Part shown: positions 39,590 to 53,160 of the stretch, one piece after another
Position numbering within the stretch: the stretch's first letter is position 1
Layout of the letters: every line of letters starts with the position of its first letter
NCBI RefSeq assembly: GCF_001194135.2
Contig: NC_068983.1
Coordinates: forward strand, 77,159,799 to 77,223,798
Reading direction: 5' to 3'
Length of the DNA: 64,000 bases
Origin: Octopus bimaculoides
Taxonomy: Eukaryota
Made by a program: the position numbers and the translations under genes
The notes under the pieces: generated by a model
Told to the model about the DNA's origin: nothing
Seen by the model: only the letters and a program-made list of their open reading frames with translations
The model's database searches: none

Positions 39590-39937
39590 NNNNNNNNNNN
39601 NNNNNNNNNNNNNNNNNNNNNNNNNNNNNNNNNNNNNNNNNNNNNNNNNNNNNNNNNNNNNNNNNNNNNNNNNNNNNNNNNNNNNNNNNNNNNNNNNNNN
39701 NNNNNNNNNNNNNNNNNNNNNNNNNNNNNNNNNNNNNNNNNNNNNNNNNNNNNNNNNNNNNNNNNNNNNNNNNNNNNNNNNNNNNNNNNNNNNNNNNNNN
39801 NNNNNNNNNNNNNNNNNNNNNNNNNNNNNNNNNNNNNNNNNNNNNNNNNNNNNNNNNNNNNNNNNNNNNNNNNNNNNNNNNNNNNNNNNNNNNNNNNNNN
39901 NNNNNNNNNNNNNNNNNNNNNNNNNNNNNNNNNNNNN

Positions 39938-39978
<41 letters not shown>

Positions 39979-40456
39979 TACATACACGCACGCATACATG
40001 CACACCGCTCCAACAAACGGAACACATATATGCACATGTACACACAGCAACCTGACAAAAATACCATACACATACACATGCATACACACATATAGGCATG
40101 TACACACTCACTACCCTGACATACTCTGGCACACACATGCTCACATACACTTAAACGCAAATACACACCATTCTTTATTTATGTCATACGTATAAACGAA
40201 CTCGGAACCTTTTTATCACTCGTCAACTACATCGTCACCTGTGTCGATCAGCCACCCACACTGTTTTTACATCTGAAAAAGAATACTGGAGGACAATGGC
40301 ATTTAAGGGATATATCCTTAACATTTATCATTTCTGGATAAAAGGAAGATTTTTATATAGAAGAATTGGAATTTTATTTATAACTGCCACACTCTAGCCA
40401 GATGCAAAACCTTTAAATGTGAGATTCGAAAACTCTAAATGGTCTGTTACACACTG

Positions 40457-40745
40457 TATCTTCTTGTCAAAGACGCTATTACTTCATCGAGATATATTCA
40501 TGTAAACTAATTTTCATTTTATTATTATAAGACAAACATTACCTGGTCTGAATGTTTTATTATAAACTAATTCTTGACTGATCACACAGGATACACATAA
40601 TTTATCCTCTTGTCAAAAGGTCTATTTACTTAATGGGGGTATATCCATGTAACCTATTTTTTTCTTCTTATCATTATAAAAAAATATAACTTGATCTATT
40701 TTTTTTTATGTAAACTATTTTTTGCTCATCACACATGATACACGA
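40457..40745. repeat. Decayed ~146-bp tandem duplication
   Basis: Landmarks tatc(t/c)tcttgtcaaa, atat(t/c)catgtaa and atcacaca(g/t)gatacac recur with period ~146. Confidence 0.75.
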
Positions 40746-41454
40746 AGCATCAAGCCTTTTCCTATAATAGTCAAAGTTTCTATCAATTAATTTGAATACA
40801 GTTTAGTAAATTAATTTTTGACTTCACACTTTACTTTTGAAAATCTTTTTAAATAAGTGAAACCGTTTAAGTCAATAATTGCTCTTAAGTGAGTCCTGCA
40901 TTGTCCGATATTTCTCCGTGTATATATATATATANNNNNNNNNNNNNNNNNNNNNNNNNNNNNNNNNNNNNNNNNNNNNNNNNNNNNNNNNNNNNNNNNN
41001 NNNNNNNNNNNNNNNNNNNNNNNNNNNNNNNNNNNNNNNNNNNNNNNNNNNNNNNNNNNNNNNNNNNNNNNNNNNNNNNNNNNNNNNNNNNNNNNNNNNN
41101 NNNNNNNNNNNNNNNNNNNNNNNNNNNNNNNNNNNNNNNNNNNNNNNNNNNNNNNNNNNNNNNNNNNNNNNNNNNNNNNNNNNNNNNNNNNNNNNNNNNN
41201 NNNNNNNNNNNNNNNNNNNNNNNNNNNNNNNNNNNNNNNNNNNNNNNNNNNNNNNNNNNNNNNNNNNNNNNNNNNNNNNNNNNNNNNNNNNNNNNNNNNN
41301 NNNNNNNNNNNNNNNNNNNNNNNNNNNNNNNNNNNNNNNNNNNNNNNNNNNNNNNNNNNNNNNNNNNNNNNNNNNNNNNNNNNNNNNNNNNNNNNNNNNN
41401 NNNNNNNNNNNNNNNNNNNNNNNNNNNNNNNNNNNNNNNNNNNNNNNNNNNNNN

Positions 41455-41496
<42 letters not shown>

Positions 41497-41889
41497 TGTG
41501 TGTGTGTGTGTGTATACCTGTGCATGCATGTAGGCATGTATCAACATAAACTTGTCAGAATGTGAGTCTCTTCGATCGGGGCAGAAAGAAAGACGAGAAT
41601 AGCAACCTGGGAATTTTGTAACTGAACAAAAATATTTGCCATTCCACCTATTCATAATCAATTTATGGCAATGGATATAGTATAATTCTCAGGAAAAATA
41701 AGTGGGTTTAAGAGGAAAATGTGATAAATTAGTAATTTATCACTAACCAAACAACATGTATTAAATTTATTTGGAACTTGTTTTTTAAAGCTACCCAGTC
41801 GTTCGAAGCGATTACATTATTTTCTGAATATATAATAGTAGCTCATTTGATGCAGTTAATGCCAATATATAAAACGTCCACATTTTATA

Positions 41890-42739
41890 CGATATAGTAT
41901 CAAAACTTTCTTTGACTAGTTATGTTTAATGAAAAATAAAATTATTTACCTAAGTTTTAAAATCATCTCCGAAATAGTCATCTTGTGCAATTATGCACCC
42001 GTCCCAGCGTTCTTGCCACTTTTGGAGTCCTCGTTTTCTTAAGCGTGTCGAGTATCTTCGGCTGTTCGATCTTGATCTCCACAATAGTGTTAAAACGGTG
42101 ACCTTTGAGCTGCTGTTTCATCTAGGGGGAAGAGAGGGAAGTCTGCAGGTAATACAACTGGCGAATCAACGGGTACGAGAGTGATGCCATGTTGATTTTA
42201 GCGATAAACTCATGAGTGAGGAGAGCTCGGTGTTAGAGTGCATGGTCATCGTCAACAATCCAATCCTTCGCATTCCACAGATCCGTTTGCACCGAATATC
42301 CTTCCTCAAGCGTTTCAAAACGTCACAGTAAAATTCTCGATTGATTTTCTGGCATGGGCGACATATTCTCGATGTATAATACCGCGGCTGTCGAAGAAAA
42401 CGATGAGTAGGTACTTCATTCAGCTGAAGCTCTAGCATGGAGATCAAGGGCTCCTCGATAATGACGACTGCTGTTTTACCCGTAGCAGTATTCCCAAGTT
42501 TAACGCAAAGTTTCACGTTGGCTCTTTGTTCCAACTTGCAGTCCATGAAAATGTCGAAGGCTACAGCATACAAGTGATCACAAAAACACAAATTTCACAA
42601 CTTGCGAAGTAAACACAATGCTGTCGCTTGTTACACTGCCGCATGAGGGATTTTGCTAGCTCTTATCCCACATACACTGTTTGCTGCTATATGTTGTCGA
42701 GCTACAGAACTAGTCCGAGGACGTTTTGATAACACTTTG
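41890..42739 (-). mobile_element. Internally deleted mariner with both ~31-bp TIRs and TA target-site duplication
   Basis: TIRs at 41890-41920 and 42709-42739 (tatcaaaac...gactagt) are flanked by TA. MDCKLEQRANVKLCVKLGNTAT is fused to INREFYCDVLKRLRKDIR...DSPVVLPADFPLFP*MKQQLKG...WQERWDGCI. Confidence 0.9.
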
Positions 42740-43140
42740 TACAGTACAGTAAAATGAAATGTCTAGATTGAATTGCAGTCTAATCAAGATCAGTGTATGT
42801 ATAAATACAATAGATGTGAATCATGGAGATTTCTAGATTTTCTGCTCTTAAATTTTCTTGAGAATGTATGTCATCTGATAATACAGAACATATCGCTTAC
42901 TTTTCCGTTTATGTGTTCTTAACATATTATATTCAACAAATCCTGGATAATTAGATCCAATTTGCCCTCTGCTCTCAGATAACTAACGGGTCTAATATTT
43001 ATTCAATCAAATCATAATTTTTTTAACCAAATATATGAACAGCTCGTTAATACATACGTGGAAGAAATCATGATTTAGAAGGAAAAATTATTTTAACTAA
43101 TATTTTTTGTATACAAACATATATAGACACTTTATGGGGA

Positions 43141-43360
43141 ATATTGGTTTCAAATTTTAGCACAAAGCCAGCAATTTCAGGGTTAGGGATAAATCGATTA
43201 TATCGGTCTCAGTATTCAACTGCTACTTATTTTCTCGATCCGGAAAGAATGAAAGGAAAACTCAACCTCGGCAGAATTTCAACGCAGAACGTAAAGACGG
43301 ACGACATGCCGCTAAGCATATTGCCTGGTGTGTTAACGATTCTGCCAGTTCACCGCCTTA
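43141..43360 (-). mobile_element. Family A SINE
   Basis: Reverse complement begins taaggcggtgaactggcagaatcgttaacac. Confidence 0.85.
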
Positions 43361-43978
43361 AATAATAAGAAATATTCTAAAGAAGTTTGATTATAAGTGA
43401 TGAAAAATTGTCTTGTAAACAAAAAATTAGAGAAGACTAATTTGAAGGGAAAGAATAACAGTCACTGAAATAGATATGAATTAGGGAAAATATCCGGCAT
43501 CGTCGCAGTTTATATTTCAACTGATATCTTAAAAGTATACGCCATGAATTAAGCATCTGCAAATATTTTATCTAGCAATTATTCTGTTGATGACTGTTGA
43601 TGACTGTTGATGTAGTTGCGCATGTTTCTTCTTAAATTATGATTCGATATATATATTGTGATCATTTTTCCTATTCCCATCTTTTCTACCATCGGCTCGT
43701 TCATTCTTTTAAAATCACCACCATTGATGCTATATTTTACATTTCTAATTTTATTTTTATTGAATCACATAATGTCTTGCACAAGAACAATATATTCGGA
43801 GAATGCGATGTTTTTGCCTCATAATAATGTCCAATAAATGACATTTATATATTCACAAAATCAGATAACAAACACAGAGTAGGGTTAAGTGGAGATTTAT
43901 TTAAGAATGAACTATAAAATAGCACTCATCATTTCAGTATTGAGTACTCATTTTGTCCTTTTCATTCTCAAATGTTCA

Positions 43979-43982
<4 letters not shown>

Positions 43983-44020
<38 letters not shown>

Positions 44021-44175
44021 CCACTTACACACGCGCACACACATACGCGCACACATAGCACACGCACTTTGGTAGAACTACACACAAACGTATCCATATA
44101 CACATAAACACACAAATGAAACCGCACACTTTCACTCACAAACACCCAAACACAGAGACGTACATGCGTATATAT

Positions 44176-44206
<31 letters not shown>

Positions 44207-44235
44207 TACATATATATATATACATACACACACGC

Positions 44236-44306
<71 letters not shown>
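43983..44306. repeat. (CA)n/(TA)n microsatellite cluster
   Basis: Direct reading. Confidence 0.9.
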
Positions 44307-44311
<5 letters not shown>

Positions 44312-45149
44312 TGCTTCATGTAAATATACTTGAAATAGATCCTCAAAGATACTACCATGAATGATGAAAACGTTTTCTAGTGAAACATACACAAATTGAA
44401 ATATAGTGAACCGTTGCCCTTAGATAAATGTGTCAAAAACGTTTGAAACATATCTCCATGCAAGCAATAATTATTTACTTTGAAGAATATTATTAAATTA
44501 CATCTAAAGAGTTCAAACGATTCCAATTGAATACTTGCATTTTTGTTTGTACATAACACTTACATTCTAGCTAATGTGAACTGAAGTAGGAAGATATAAT
44601 AAGGATGGAGCTCACAATGGAGCTGACAGTCATTGATGTGGTGCAGTTGGACGTGATCTTGCAGATGTTTGAATTGATGGTGCTGTTGTAGTTGCTTGTG
44701 ATATTTGTACGGGAAGAAAGGGAAACGCATTAAATATCAATTAAGTACTAATGTATGTTACTCTCATATATTGTACTAGATAAATCCAATATGCATTTTA
44801 ACTAATGTTTCCAACACATCTACAACTATCCTCAACACCGATAGCAACAACAAAAATTATAACTTGCATAGTCATTCTCATATTCTCGAGAAATATGAAT
44901 ATCAGCCAATTGCATTTCTATCATATACAAAAGAAAAACACAACAAACTACAAAATAAATTATAAATGCAGCAGAATCTATACTGCTCACTCTATCGATC
45001 AGTATCAAATGCTAATCACTATCGCTACTGTCAATATCACCATCACGTCACCAAGGTCGGCATCGACAATCGAAGGAAAACATTATCATCAACTTCGTCA
45101 TGATCAACAGCGAAAATCTTTCTGCTATTCGTTCAACGAATTCTAGTCA

Positions 45150-45890
45150 CATGTTTATTTGGATGATTATGGGTCCAGAACAAGAAATGTTTTCCATCCG
45201 ATCGCAGGAAGATCAATGCAATCTCGATGACCAAGGTTTTACGAATCTATATCCCCATTTTACTATTAAGTTCGAACAGAGTAAGTGATACACAGACTTC
45301 AACGTCACCAAAAATGGGGCGCGTACTAACGTGCATGTACCGGAATTCACAGTCTACCTATCATATCCAAATCTACTTACGCATGTTCATTGAGAAATCG
45401 ACAGACACTGCAGATTGTATATACGCAAAACTGATTTATACTCTCCATTCTCATAGCTGCCATTTTAGAAAAATAATGCAGAGAAAAATAATGGTTACTT
45501 ACATAACTGGTGGTCTAGGACACCAAGTGACTCCGTCTCTCAAAAATCTAGGCAGTCTGGGAAATTCCATAAGAAACTACTGCTGGTTCTTGAACTAGGC
45601 CTTCCCATCAGTCGCATCTTGACATTCTGTCCTCAGCTTCCACATGCAATTCCACTTGTGGACGTGGATAATTTTCAGCATATATTCCACATTTTCTGTA
45701 TTGATGTAAGACCCCAAAATGAAGTTCTATTCAGATAGTTTTACGACGAGGATAGACTTACTGCTCTCGAAGGAAGCAGAGGCCAATAGCCACTATTTAT
45801 CCAAACCTCGAGGAAGACCCTCTTTCGTAAAACAACATGGGTCGTGGATGATTTTCGCGATTCTGAAGAGGGGTCCATAATCCCATAATA
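45150..45890 (+). mobile_element. Heavily decayed Penelope-like RT C-terminal fragment
   Basis: FIW...GPEQE...LYPHFTIKFEQSK*YTDFNVTKNG and TFCPQLPH weakly match the PLE motifs FHPxIKFTxE..FLDV and TYHPxLP. Confidence 0.4.
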
Positions 45891-47560
45891 CTCAATATCA
45901 ACTCATATTAACTCATAATCCCCGCGCTCTATATTAGCTCATAATTTATGTATATGTTACTGGTACTGGATGTCGTGCTTTTCCCAACATACGGTGATAC
46001 AGCACCGTTGTCTTCGATATTTCCACGAAAACATTCGATGGTGTCGTAAATTAGGATGTCAATCCATTAACATTTACACGTTATTCTGCCTGCGTCATGT
46101 GTGACTCCTTATTTAGCGAGAACAAATATATTTGTTGATTCATGATGTAATTCCAACAAAAGATTATTTGCTGTAGAGTTGAACCCAACATTTACATGCT
46201 GTTTCTTTGTGGCCACTGTTCTTGTTTCTGCTTCCAATATTGTTATTGATACTGTTGCTTCGCAGGTATTGTGTCGTTTCTACTGTGGTCTTTTTAGTGA
46301 TTTTGTTATTGTTGCTTTCACACTTCCTGTGGTTGATCCTTGTGTCGATTTGTTATTTGTGCTTTCATTGTTAGCTATTGGTGCTACTGTCGAAACTATT
46401 GCCCATATTCTTGTTGTTGCTCTTTTTGTTATTTTTGTTCTCAATGCATCCTCTGTTTCTTGCAGCATTCCTTAGCTGTTGCAGTAGTTATACATGAGAG
46501 AGGAAAAGTGTTCTCTATTATACACTATCCTTCCCGAAAATTCGTTGATGAAACCTCATAGTCTTGCATAGCAATACCTCAGAAAACCAGAAAATATATA
46601 CATGTATATACACAATGTATATATATGTATATATATATATATATATATATNNNNNNNNNNNNNNNNNNNNNNNNNNNNNNNNNNNNNNNNNNNNNNNNNN
46701 NNNNNNNNNNNNNNNNNNNNNNNNNNNNNNNNNNNNNNNNNNNNNNNNNNNNNNNNNNNNNNNNNNNNNNNNNNNNNNNNNNNNNNNNNNNNNNNNNNNN
46801 NNNNNNNNNNNNNNNNNNNNNNNNNNNNNNNNNNNNNNNNNNNNNNNNNNNNNNNNNNNNNNNNNNNNNNNNNNNNNNNNNNNNNNNNNNNNNNNNNNNN
46901 NNNNNNNNNNNNNNNNNNNNNNNNNNNNNNNNNNNNNNNNNNNNNNNNNNNNNNNNNNNNNNNNNNNNNNNNNNNNNNNNNNNNNNNNNNNNNNNNNNNN
47001 NNNNNNNNNNNNNNNNNNNNNNNNNNNNNNNNNNNNNNNNNNNNNNNNNNNNNNNNNNNNNNNNNNNNNNNNNNNNNNNNNNNNNNNNNNNNNNNNNNNN
47101 NNNNNNNNNNNNNNNNNNNNNNNNNNNNNNNNNNNNNNNNNNNNNNNNNNNNNNNNNNNNNNNNNNNNNNNNNNNNNNNNNNNNNNNNNNNNNNNNNNNN
47201 NNNNNNNNNNNNNNNNNNNNNNNNNNNNNNNNNNNNNNNNNNNNNNNNNNNNNNNNNNNNNNNNNNNNNNNNNNNNNNNNNNNNNNNNNNNNNNNNNNNN
47301 NNNNNNNNNNNNNNNNNNNNNNNNNNNNNNNNNNNNNNNNNNNNNNNNNNNNNNNNNNNNNNNNNNNNNNNNNNNNNNNNNNNNNNNNNNNNNNNNNNNN
47401 NNNNNNNNNNNNNNNNNNNNNNNNNNNNNNNNNNNNNNNNNNNNNNNNNNNNNNNNNNNNNNNNNNNNNNNNNNNNNNNNNNNNNNNNNNNNNNNNNNNN
47501 NNNNNNNNNNNNNNNNNNNNNNNNNNNNNNNNNNNNNNNNNNNNNNNNNNNNNNNNNNNN

Positions 47561-48297
47561 TTAATCTTCTCTCTTCCCTCCTTTGCGCCACATGGGCTCA
47601 ACTCCCCCCTCTTCATCTACCCCCCTGTCTCTCTTCACCACCCTCCATCCTACCACCCATCTCTCCCCTCTCCTCCCACCCACCTCTCCCCTCCTGCTCC
47701 GACACCTACTTCTCTATACGTCTATTCTCCTTTCTTCACTCCTACCTCTCTTCACTCCTACTTCTCTTCACCCCTACTCTTTCTCTCCTCTCTCTTACTC
47801 TCCTACTCTCTTACTCTCTCTCACTCTCTTCTCTCTTACTCTCTCGTCTCTCTTACTCTCTCTTCTCTCACTCTCTTCTCTCTCTCTCACTCTATTTTCC
47901 CTTACTCTCCCTGTTACTCTCTTACTCTCTTCCTCTCTTTCTCCCTCTCGTTCTCCGTCCTCCCATACCCACCTTCCCCCTCTCTTTTATCCACCTTCCC
48001 CTTCCCTCTTCATCGCCACGCCCCTTCATCGTCAACCCTCCCTCATAAGCTCATCCCACCCCACCTCACCCCACTCCTACTCTACCTTCCCACTCCACTC
48101 CACCCCATCCAATTCCTTACACCCACCCTACCCACATACCGCTACCTCAACCCCAACCCTCAGCCTAACCCACACTCCACCCATGCCTTCCCCACCTTCC
48201 AACACCCTCACATCACACCACGCACACACTACAACTGACCAACTCCTTTCTCCCCACCCCATTTTTTCACACATGCATACGTCAAGATCACCAACAT

Positions 48298-48328
<31 letters not shown>

Positions 48329-48330
48329 AA
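47561..48330. repeat. ~770-bp strand-asymmetric C/T-rich then C/A-rich low-complexity tract
   Basis: Almost G-free plus strand; degenerate ctctcttact units, then ccca units, then (CA)n. Confidence 0.9.
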
Positions 48331-48509
48331 CAGCTCCTCGTTCTTCGGTCACCGTTCTTTCTCCCCCCTTTTATTATCTCCCCTTTTTCTTAGCACTCCT
48401 GCGTGAACTTTCTAAACTTCCTGTCCGCAGAAGCCATGACAGAAGCCATCATAGATCGTTGACCAGACCATTCAATTTTTTCTCCGTGTTTTTCTTGTTT
48501 TCTCCGTAT

Positions 48510-48546
48510 TCTTTCTGTTGAAGAGAGTAGCTCGAATCGTTAAAGA
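48510..48546 (+). ncRNA. Degenerate minimal hammerhead-like motif in a PLE-LTR-like repeat
   Basis: TCTTT-CTGTTGA-A-GAG(agtag)CTC-GAATC-GTT^AAAGA. Helix I is perfect (5 bp); two core substitutions; AATAAA ~130 nt downstream. Confidence 0.4.
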
Positions 48547-51352
48547 CTTTCTGTATTCCCGAGCGTCAAACTAATACATCCCTTTGTTGTTTGCACCACC
48601 TGTCCTCGTCTGTTGTTTTTTTTTCGTACATTCTCCCATATATATAGTGTGTATATGTATATGTTTAATATATTCTCAATAAAGATTAATAATATACCAG
48701 GAAGAATCAGTAGCAAGACTCAGATCAATTTATATATTACCCGCTATACAGATGATTCAACGCAGCTTTGAGAAGATGAAAATTAATTAAAAACATTAAT
48801 ACTATGCCAGATAAGAAAAACTGAATTAGATTTTTACACCAAATCACTCTTTAAAATGAAATGAATCATTGATCGAGAAACAATGCAAGACTTACACATG
48901 GGACGAAAGCGTCGCTATGTAGATATTAGATTAAAGCTGTATGTCACAAAAATAAATAGCATTTAAAGCAAACGCTTTTGTGTGCAACGAACAGTAATTT
49001 AATTGTCAAGTAGATTCTGAATAAAACGAAATGGACGATGCGGAAAATCAGGTATGTATGAACTACACTTAAAAAGTGTTGCCTAAAACCTACAAACGTT
49101 TTTAATAGTATTCGCTAGAATGCTTTAAGTAAAAGTCATTTAGAAGTAACTGCAAAAGAGGAACACCAAAAATTGAGTATAATGAGAGAAACAGAAAGAA
49201 TGGGCAGCTGGGATGAGTAAAAGGCTTATTTTCGTTTTCCAAACCAGAAAATTGATGTCAAAGAGGAAAAGGAAACATACGTATTTGTCGTGATAAGTCT
49301 GAGTGAAAAATGTTACTTTAAGAAGAGAAGGCAGAACCCCCCCACTCACCACACTGAATGGAATAGAAAATCATAACAACTTGCAGCCAAGATAAGATAA
49401 AATTAGCGGCCCCCGAATATTAGCCAAAAAAGAATAAATTAACTAGTATAAGACTCGTGTAGTTTTCATAGTCTTTGTGATAAATCAACGTTATGGCAAA
49501 ATTTAAGAGATATAGTAGCGTACATAGACAGAACCATTAAGATCAGGAATATGCCAATACATGCAGATAGATATCAGGAAAAATGGGCATGATTTGTGTA
49601 GATCAATCAGGACAGTCAGTTTCCCTTAACCATCATATGAAGGAAACAAATGATAATTTATCCCTAAAACAATTTATCAATATAATCAGCATATCAAGTG
49701 GACATAGGTTATAAATTTTTGCGAGTTGATGATAATATTTCACACTTAGGAGCTTCATAGCTGTAAAGTAGGTAAATACGAAATACTTTTTACATCCATA
49801 TGTAGAAGTAAAATGTACAACACCAAGCAGGCACAACGAACCTGACAAAATGAAGAGCTAAAATTTTGTTTCACGGCATAGCAGCAAAACTCGACGAAAA
49901 TGGCGTATATTTCACTCACATATTTACACGCACTAAATATGGTTTAAATCTTGAACCAGGAGTAAAATCCTTCAATAGAGAAAATCAAAATCCATAAACA
50001 TTTAGATATGGAAATGCACACATCTGAAAATAGAGATAAACAGAACGTGATTGAAAAAGAAAAAAATTCTGTAATATAAATAATGAAAAATACTGAAAAT
50101 ATGGAAATAATGAAACATTGAAAGCGAACCCATTGCAAAATCAAAGTGTTCTTCCCCACAAAATACAAATATATCTCTTTTAAATAAAAGTATGATTATA
50201 TAAGGAATTCAATTCAAACGGTACTCCCAAAGCTATAAAGAAAAGAAATACGTAAATATTCTATAGCATAATACATATAAGAACTTACATATTTGTTAGA
50301 TATCTGCAAATGAAAGAATAGAAAAAGCTTAGAAAAGCACTATTAAGAAGAATGCAAAGTAGAAAATGAGCAATAGACATTGAAAAACAAGAATAAAAAT
50401 ATTTTTAAAATTCTCTACTATGTTACACTATCTGATCAAAACACGCTTTAAACAAATTCTGGGACTGGAAAGGTTCATGTGTCGACGAACTCCAAATATG
50501 TTGGTCGCCGTCTTCTGTGTCGTTGCATTTCACTGCAACAAAGTTCATTTTACATGATATTTGAAAAACACAAAAAGCAAAATAAACTTTCATCGGTTTC
50601 GATTGACTGTAGGAGGTTTTTCAATGCGGGTATAAAAGAGATTACTAAAAGAATACTGGATAGAACAAGTTTGACGACAGAATATGTAATTCATATGANN
50701 NNNNNNNNNNNNNNNNNNNNNNNNNNNNNNNNNNNNNNNNNNNNNNNNNNNNNNNNNNNNNNNNNNNNNNNNNNNNNNNNNNNNNNNNNNNNNNNNNNNN
50801 NNNNNNNNNNNNNNNNNNNNNNNNNNNNNNNNNNNNNNNNNNNNNNNNNNNNNNNNNNNNNNNNNNNNNNNNNNNNNNNNNNNNNNNNNNNNNNNNNNNN
50901 NNNNNNNNNNNNNNNNNNNNNNNNNNNNNNNNNNNNNNNNNNNNNNNNNNNNNNNNNNNNNNNNNNNNNNNNNNNNNNNNNNNNNNNNNNNNNNNNNNNN
51001 NNNNNNNNNNNNNNNNNNNNNNNNNNNNNNNNNNNNNNNNNNNNNNNNNNNNNNNNNNNNNNNNNNNNNNNNNNNNNNNNNNNNNNNNNNNNNNNNNNNN
51101 NNNNNNNNNNNNNNNNNNNNNNNNNNNNNNNNNNNNNNNNNNNNNNNNNNNNNNNNNNNNNNNNNNNNNNNNNNNNNNNNNNNNNNNNNNNNNNNNNNNN
51201 NNNNNNNNNNNNNNNNNNNNNNNNNNNNNNNNNNNNNNNNNNNNNNNNNNNNNNNNNNNNNNNNATATATATACTCTACCTCTGGTATTTGAATACTCAT
51301 TTTCCCACCTTGTTTCACATTTATGTGCTTACTCCGATATATATACACACAC

Positions 51353-51395
<43 letters not shown>

Positions 51396-51724
51396 ACGAA
51401 GACAAATGGTGTCACCAAGAAATACATGTATTAGTTTAACGCTGAGGAAGTGAAAAAGTCTTTCGCGCTTCCAGCTTATGCTCTTCCACAGAAAGGAACA
51501 CAGAAAGAAACAAGGGGATAAAATAAAGATTGTGTAGTGGCCATCGATCTATCATGACGAATACACATACATACATGCACATACATATACATTTATACTT
51601 CATGCACCCGTATATTCACAATAAACATGGTGCGGTGAATAAATTGTCGTCTAAATACGGCATCCATTTTAACAGATATATTTATCAAAATTACATAAAT
51701 ATCTTGAAATACTAAAGAGTAGGT

Positions 51725-51930
51725 GTATCAATAGAATGGGCTACTGGCTTTAACAACGGCCTCCTGAGGACTTCAGAATCTCCTGCCACTGTTCTGAACG
51801 GTCTCCTTGTCTGAGTTGGTGAATGCTGCTATAATCCTTGCCTTCAGTTCATCTTTGGTGTTACAAGGAGTTTTGTTGGTCTTTCGCACAACTGCGCCCC
51901 ACACATATTAATCAAGTAGGAATGTCTCTA
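51725..51930 (-). mobile_element. Tc1/mariner-superfamily transposase C-terminal fragment
   Basis: LLD*YVWGAVVRKTNKTPCNTKDELKARIIAAFTN...RRF*S..EAVVKA, i.e. the region after the SPDLNP motif. Confidence 0.8.
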
Positions 51931-52129
51931 TGGAAATGCTTATTTGAATTTGTGCCCTTTTCAAGCCCTGTTGAATTAAACACCCTTACCGTCTCCCCCG
52001 CCACAAAATTGACCTACAATAAAAATCGGATAAAAAATATAAGTTATTGCCAAAAATACAACCCCTGTGGTTATTTGCACACACAAAGCCTGTTGATTTT
52101 ATAAAACTACTGCTCAGGTGCAATTGCCG

Positions 52130-52478
52130 ATTTTTGTTATCAATGCCATATACTGACATCATCTCAGTGTCATGACCCTCAGTCACACATTGATTTTCAT
52201 CAACATCGGACAAAAATGCAAAACATGCAGGGAAAATGACATCGTTATGAGAATTTCCAGTCAAACGCCTGATTGAGCTCACAAAAAATCGATGCCAACT
52301 GAGCATCATCGAATTTTCGAAAAATTCCAAACGTATTTGATCTTCAGGGCATGTGAACAACCTATGTGCCAAAAATCCTTAATATCAGTTCGTTAGTTTG
52401 GGAGGAGTTAGAGTAACCTCAGACACACACACACAGTCACCATTACACATCTACATGTGTATATATATATATATAGCT
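52130..52478 (+). mobile_element. Possible non-autonomous Helitron/Helentron-like repeat end
   Basis: tgtgccaaaaatcc...gggaggagttag...cagacacacacac...tatatatatag architecture, from recall only. Confidence 0.3.
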
Positions 52479-53160
52479 ACCTCATAATTTGCATTTAAAT
52501 GCTTGCGTTATATTATTGGATGCCATAGATCAGCAAACGTCAGAATCATTCCATTTAGTAGATTTACATGTGGAACATCGTTATTGTATAGAAATTTGCG
52601 TAAAAAATTATAAATGAAGGGGTGTAATGGACTGGCTTTCAATGCAAAATATTTGCTATCATATCAACAAACTAGGTAAAGGATACTGGAATAGGGAAAG
52701 TGTAGACAATATACATGTCGCCCAATTTAGTGGAAGTCCGAGTAGTAACGGTAATACTGGTTAGCGGCAAAATCATAACTGTCCGGTAAATATGGGTATA
52801 GTTATCACAATTAGCACACGTAGTAGGAGCAACATTGAAAATTCAGTAGATGCTATCAATAATAGCACTTTGAATAACAGAAATAGTAATAATGAAAAAC
52901 ATTAATAATCGCAATAAAATGCAATAACAGGAAACGGAGTTGCAAATAATAATAAATGAAACGACATTTTGGGACACGAAGGCACGTCCTCTGGTTAATG
53001 AATGTTTACGTAGGAACATTATATATAAATGTACTTTGAAAACTTGCACATAGATCTGCATACATAGGTGCAACCAGTGGTGACTTCATGAATTGCTAGA
53101 GAAAACATGTTGCCTCATTTTGTTGTGCTATTACATTTTTGGTATCATTATGGGTATGTT

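Noticed and set aside
40239-40272. 34-nt minus-strand exon-like segment with a good acceptor
   Set aside because: Weak donor (gtgacg), and its phase gives a stop when joined to the 39377-39423 candidate.
45762-45862. 101-nt minus-strand exon-like segment (cag|...|gtaagt) with an open frame
   Set aside because: Overlaps a probable PLE relic on the other strand; short pyrimidine tract; no homology.
45863-45890. CTGAAGA-GGG...CCC at the end of the weak PLE relic
   Set aside because: GAAA and the cleavage triplet are absent.
46179-46475. Hydrophobic (+) or mucin-like T-rich (-) ORFs; similar tract at 44600-44700
   Set aside because: Decayed (TTG/AAC)-type low complexity, with a stop in the T-rich frame and no clean splice pair.
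47583-48521. 312-aa S/L/P-rich ORF
   Set aside because: A G-poor tract cannot form stop codons readily; composition artefact.
49350-49353. 4-nt micro-exon-like pattern (ttccattcag|tgtg|gtgagt) on minus
   Set aside because: Frame-shifting length and no independent support.
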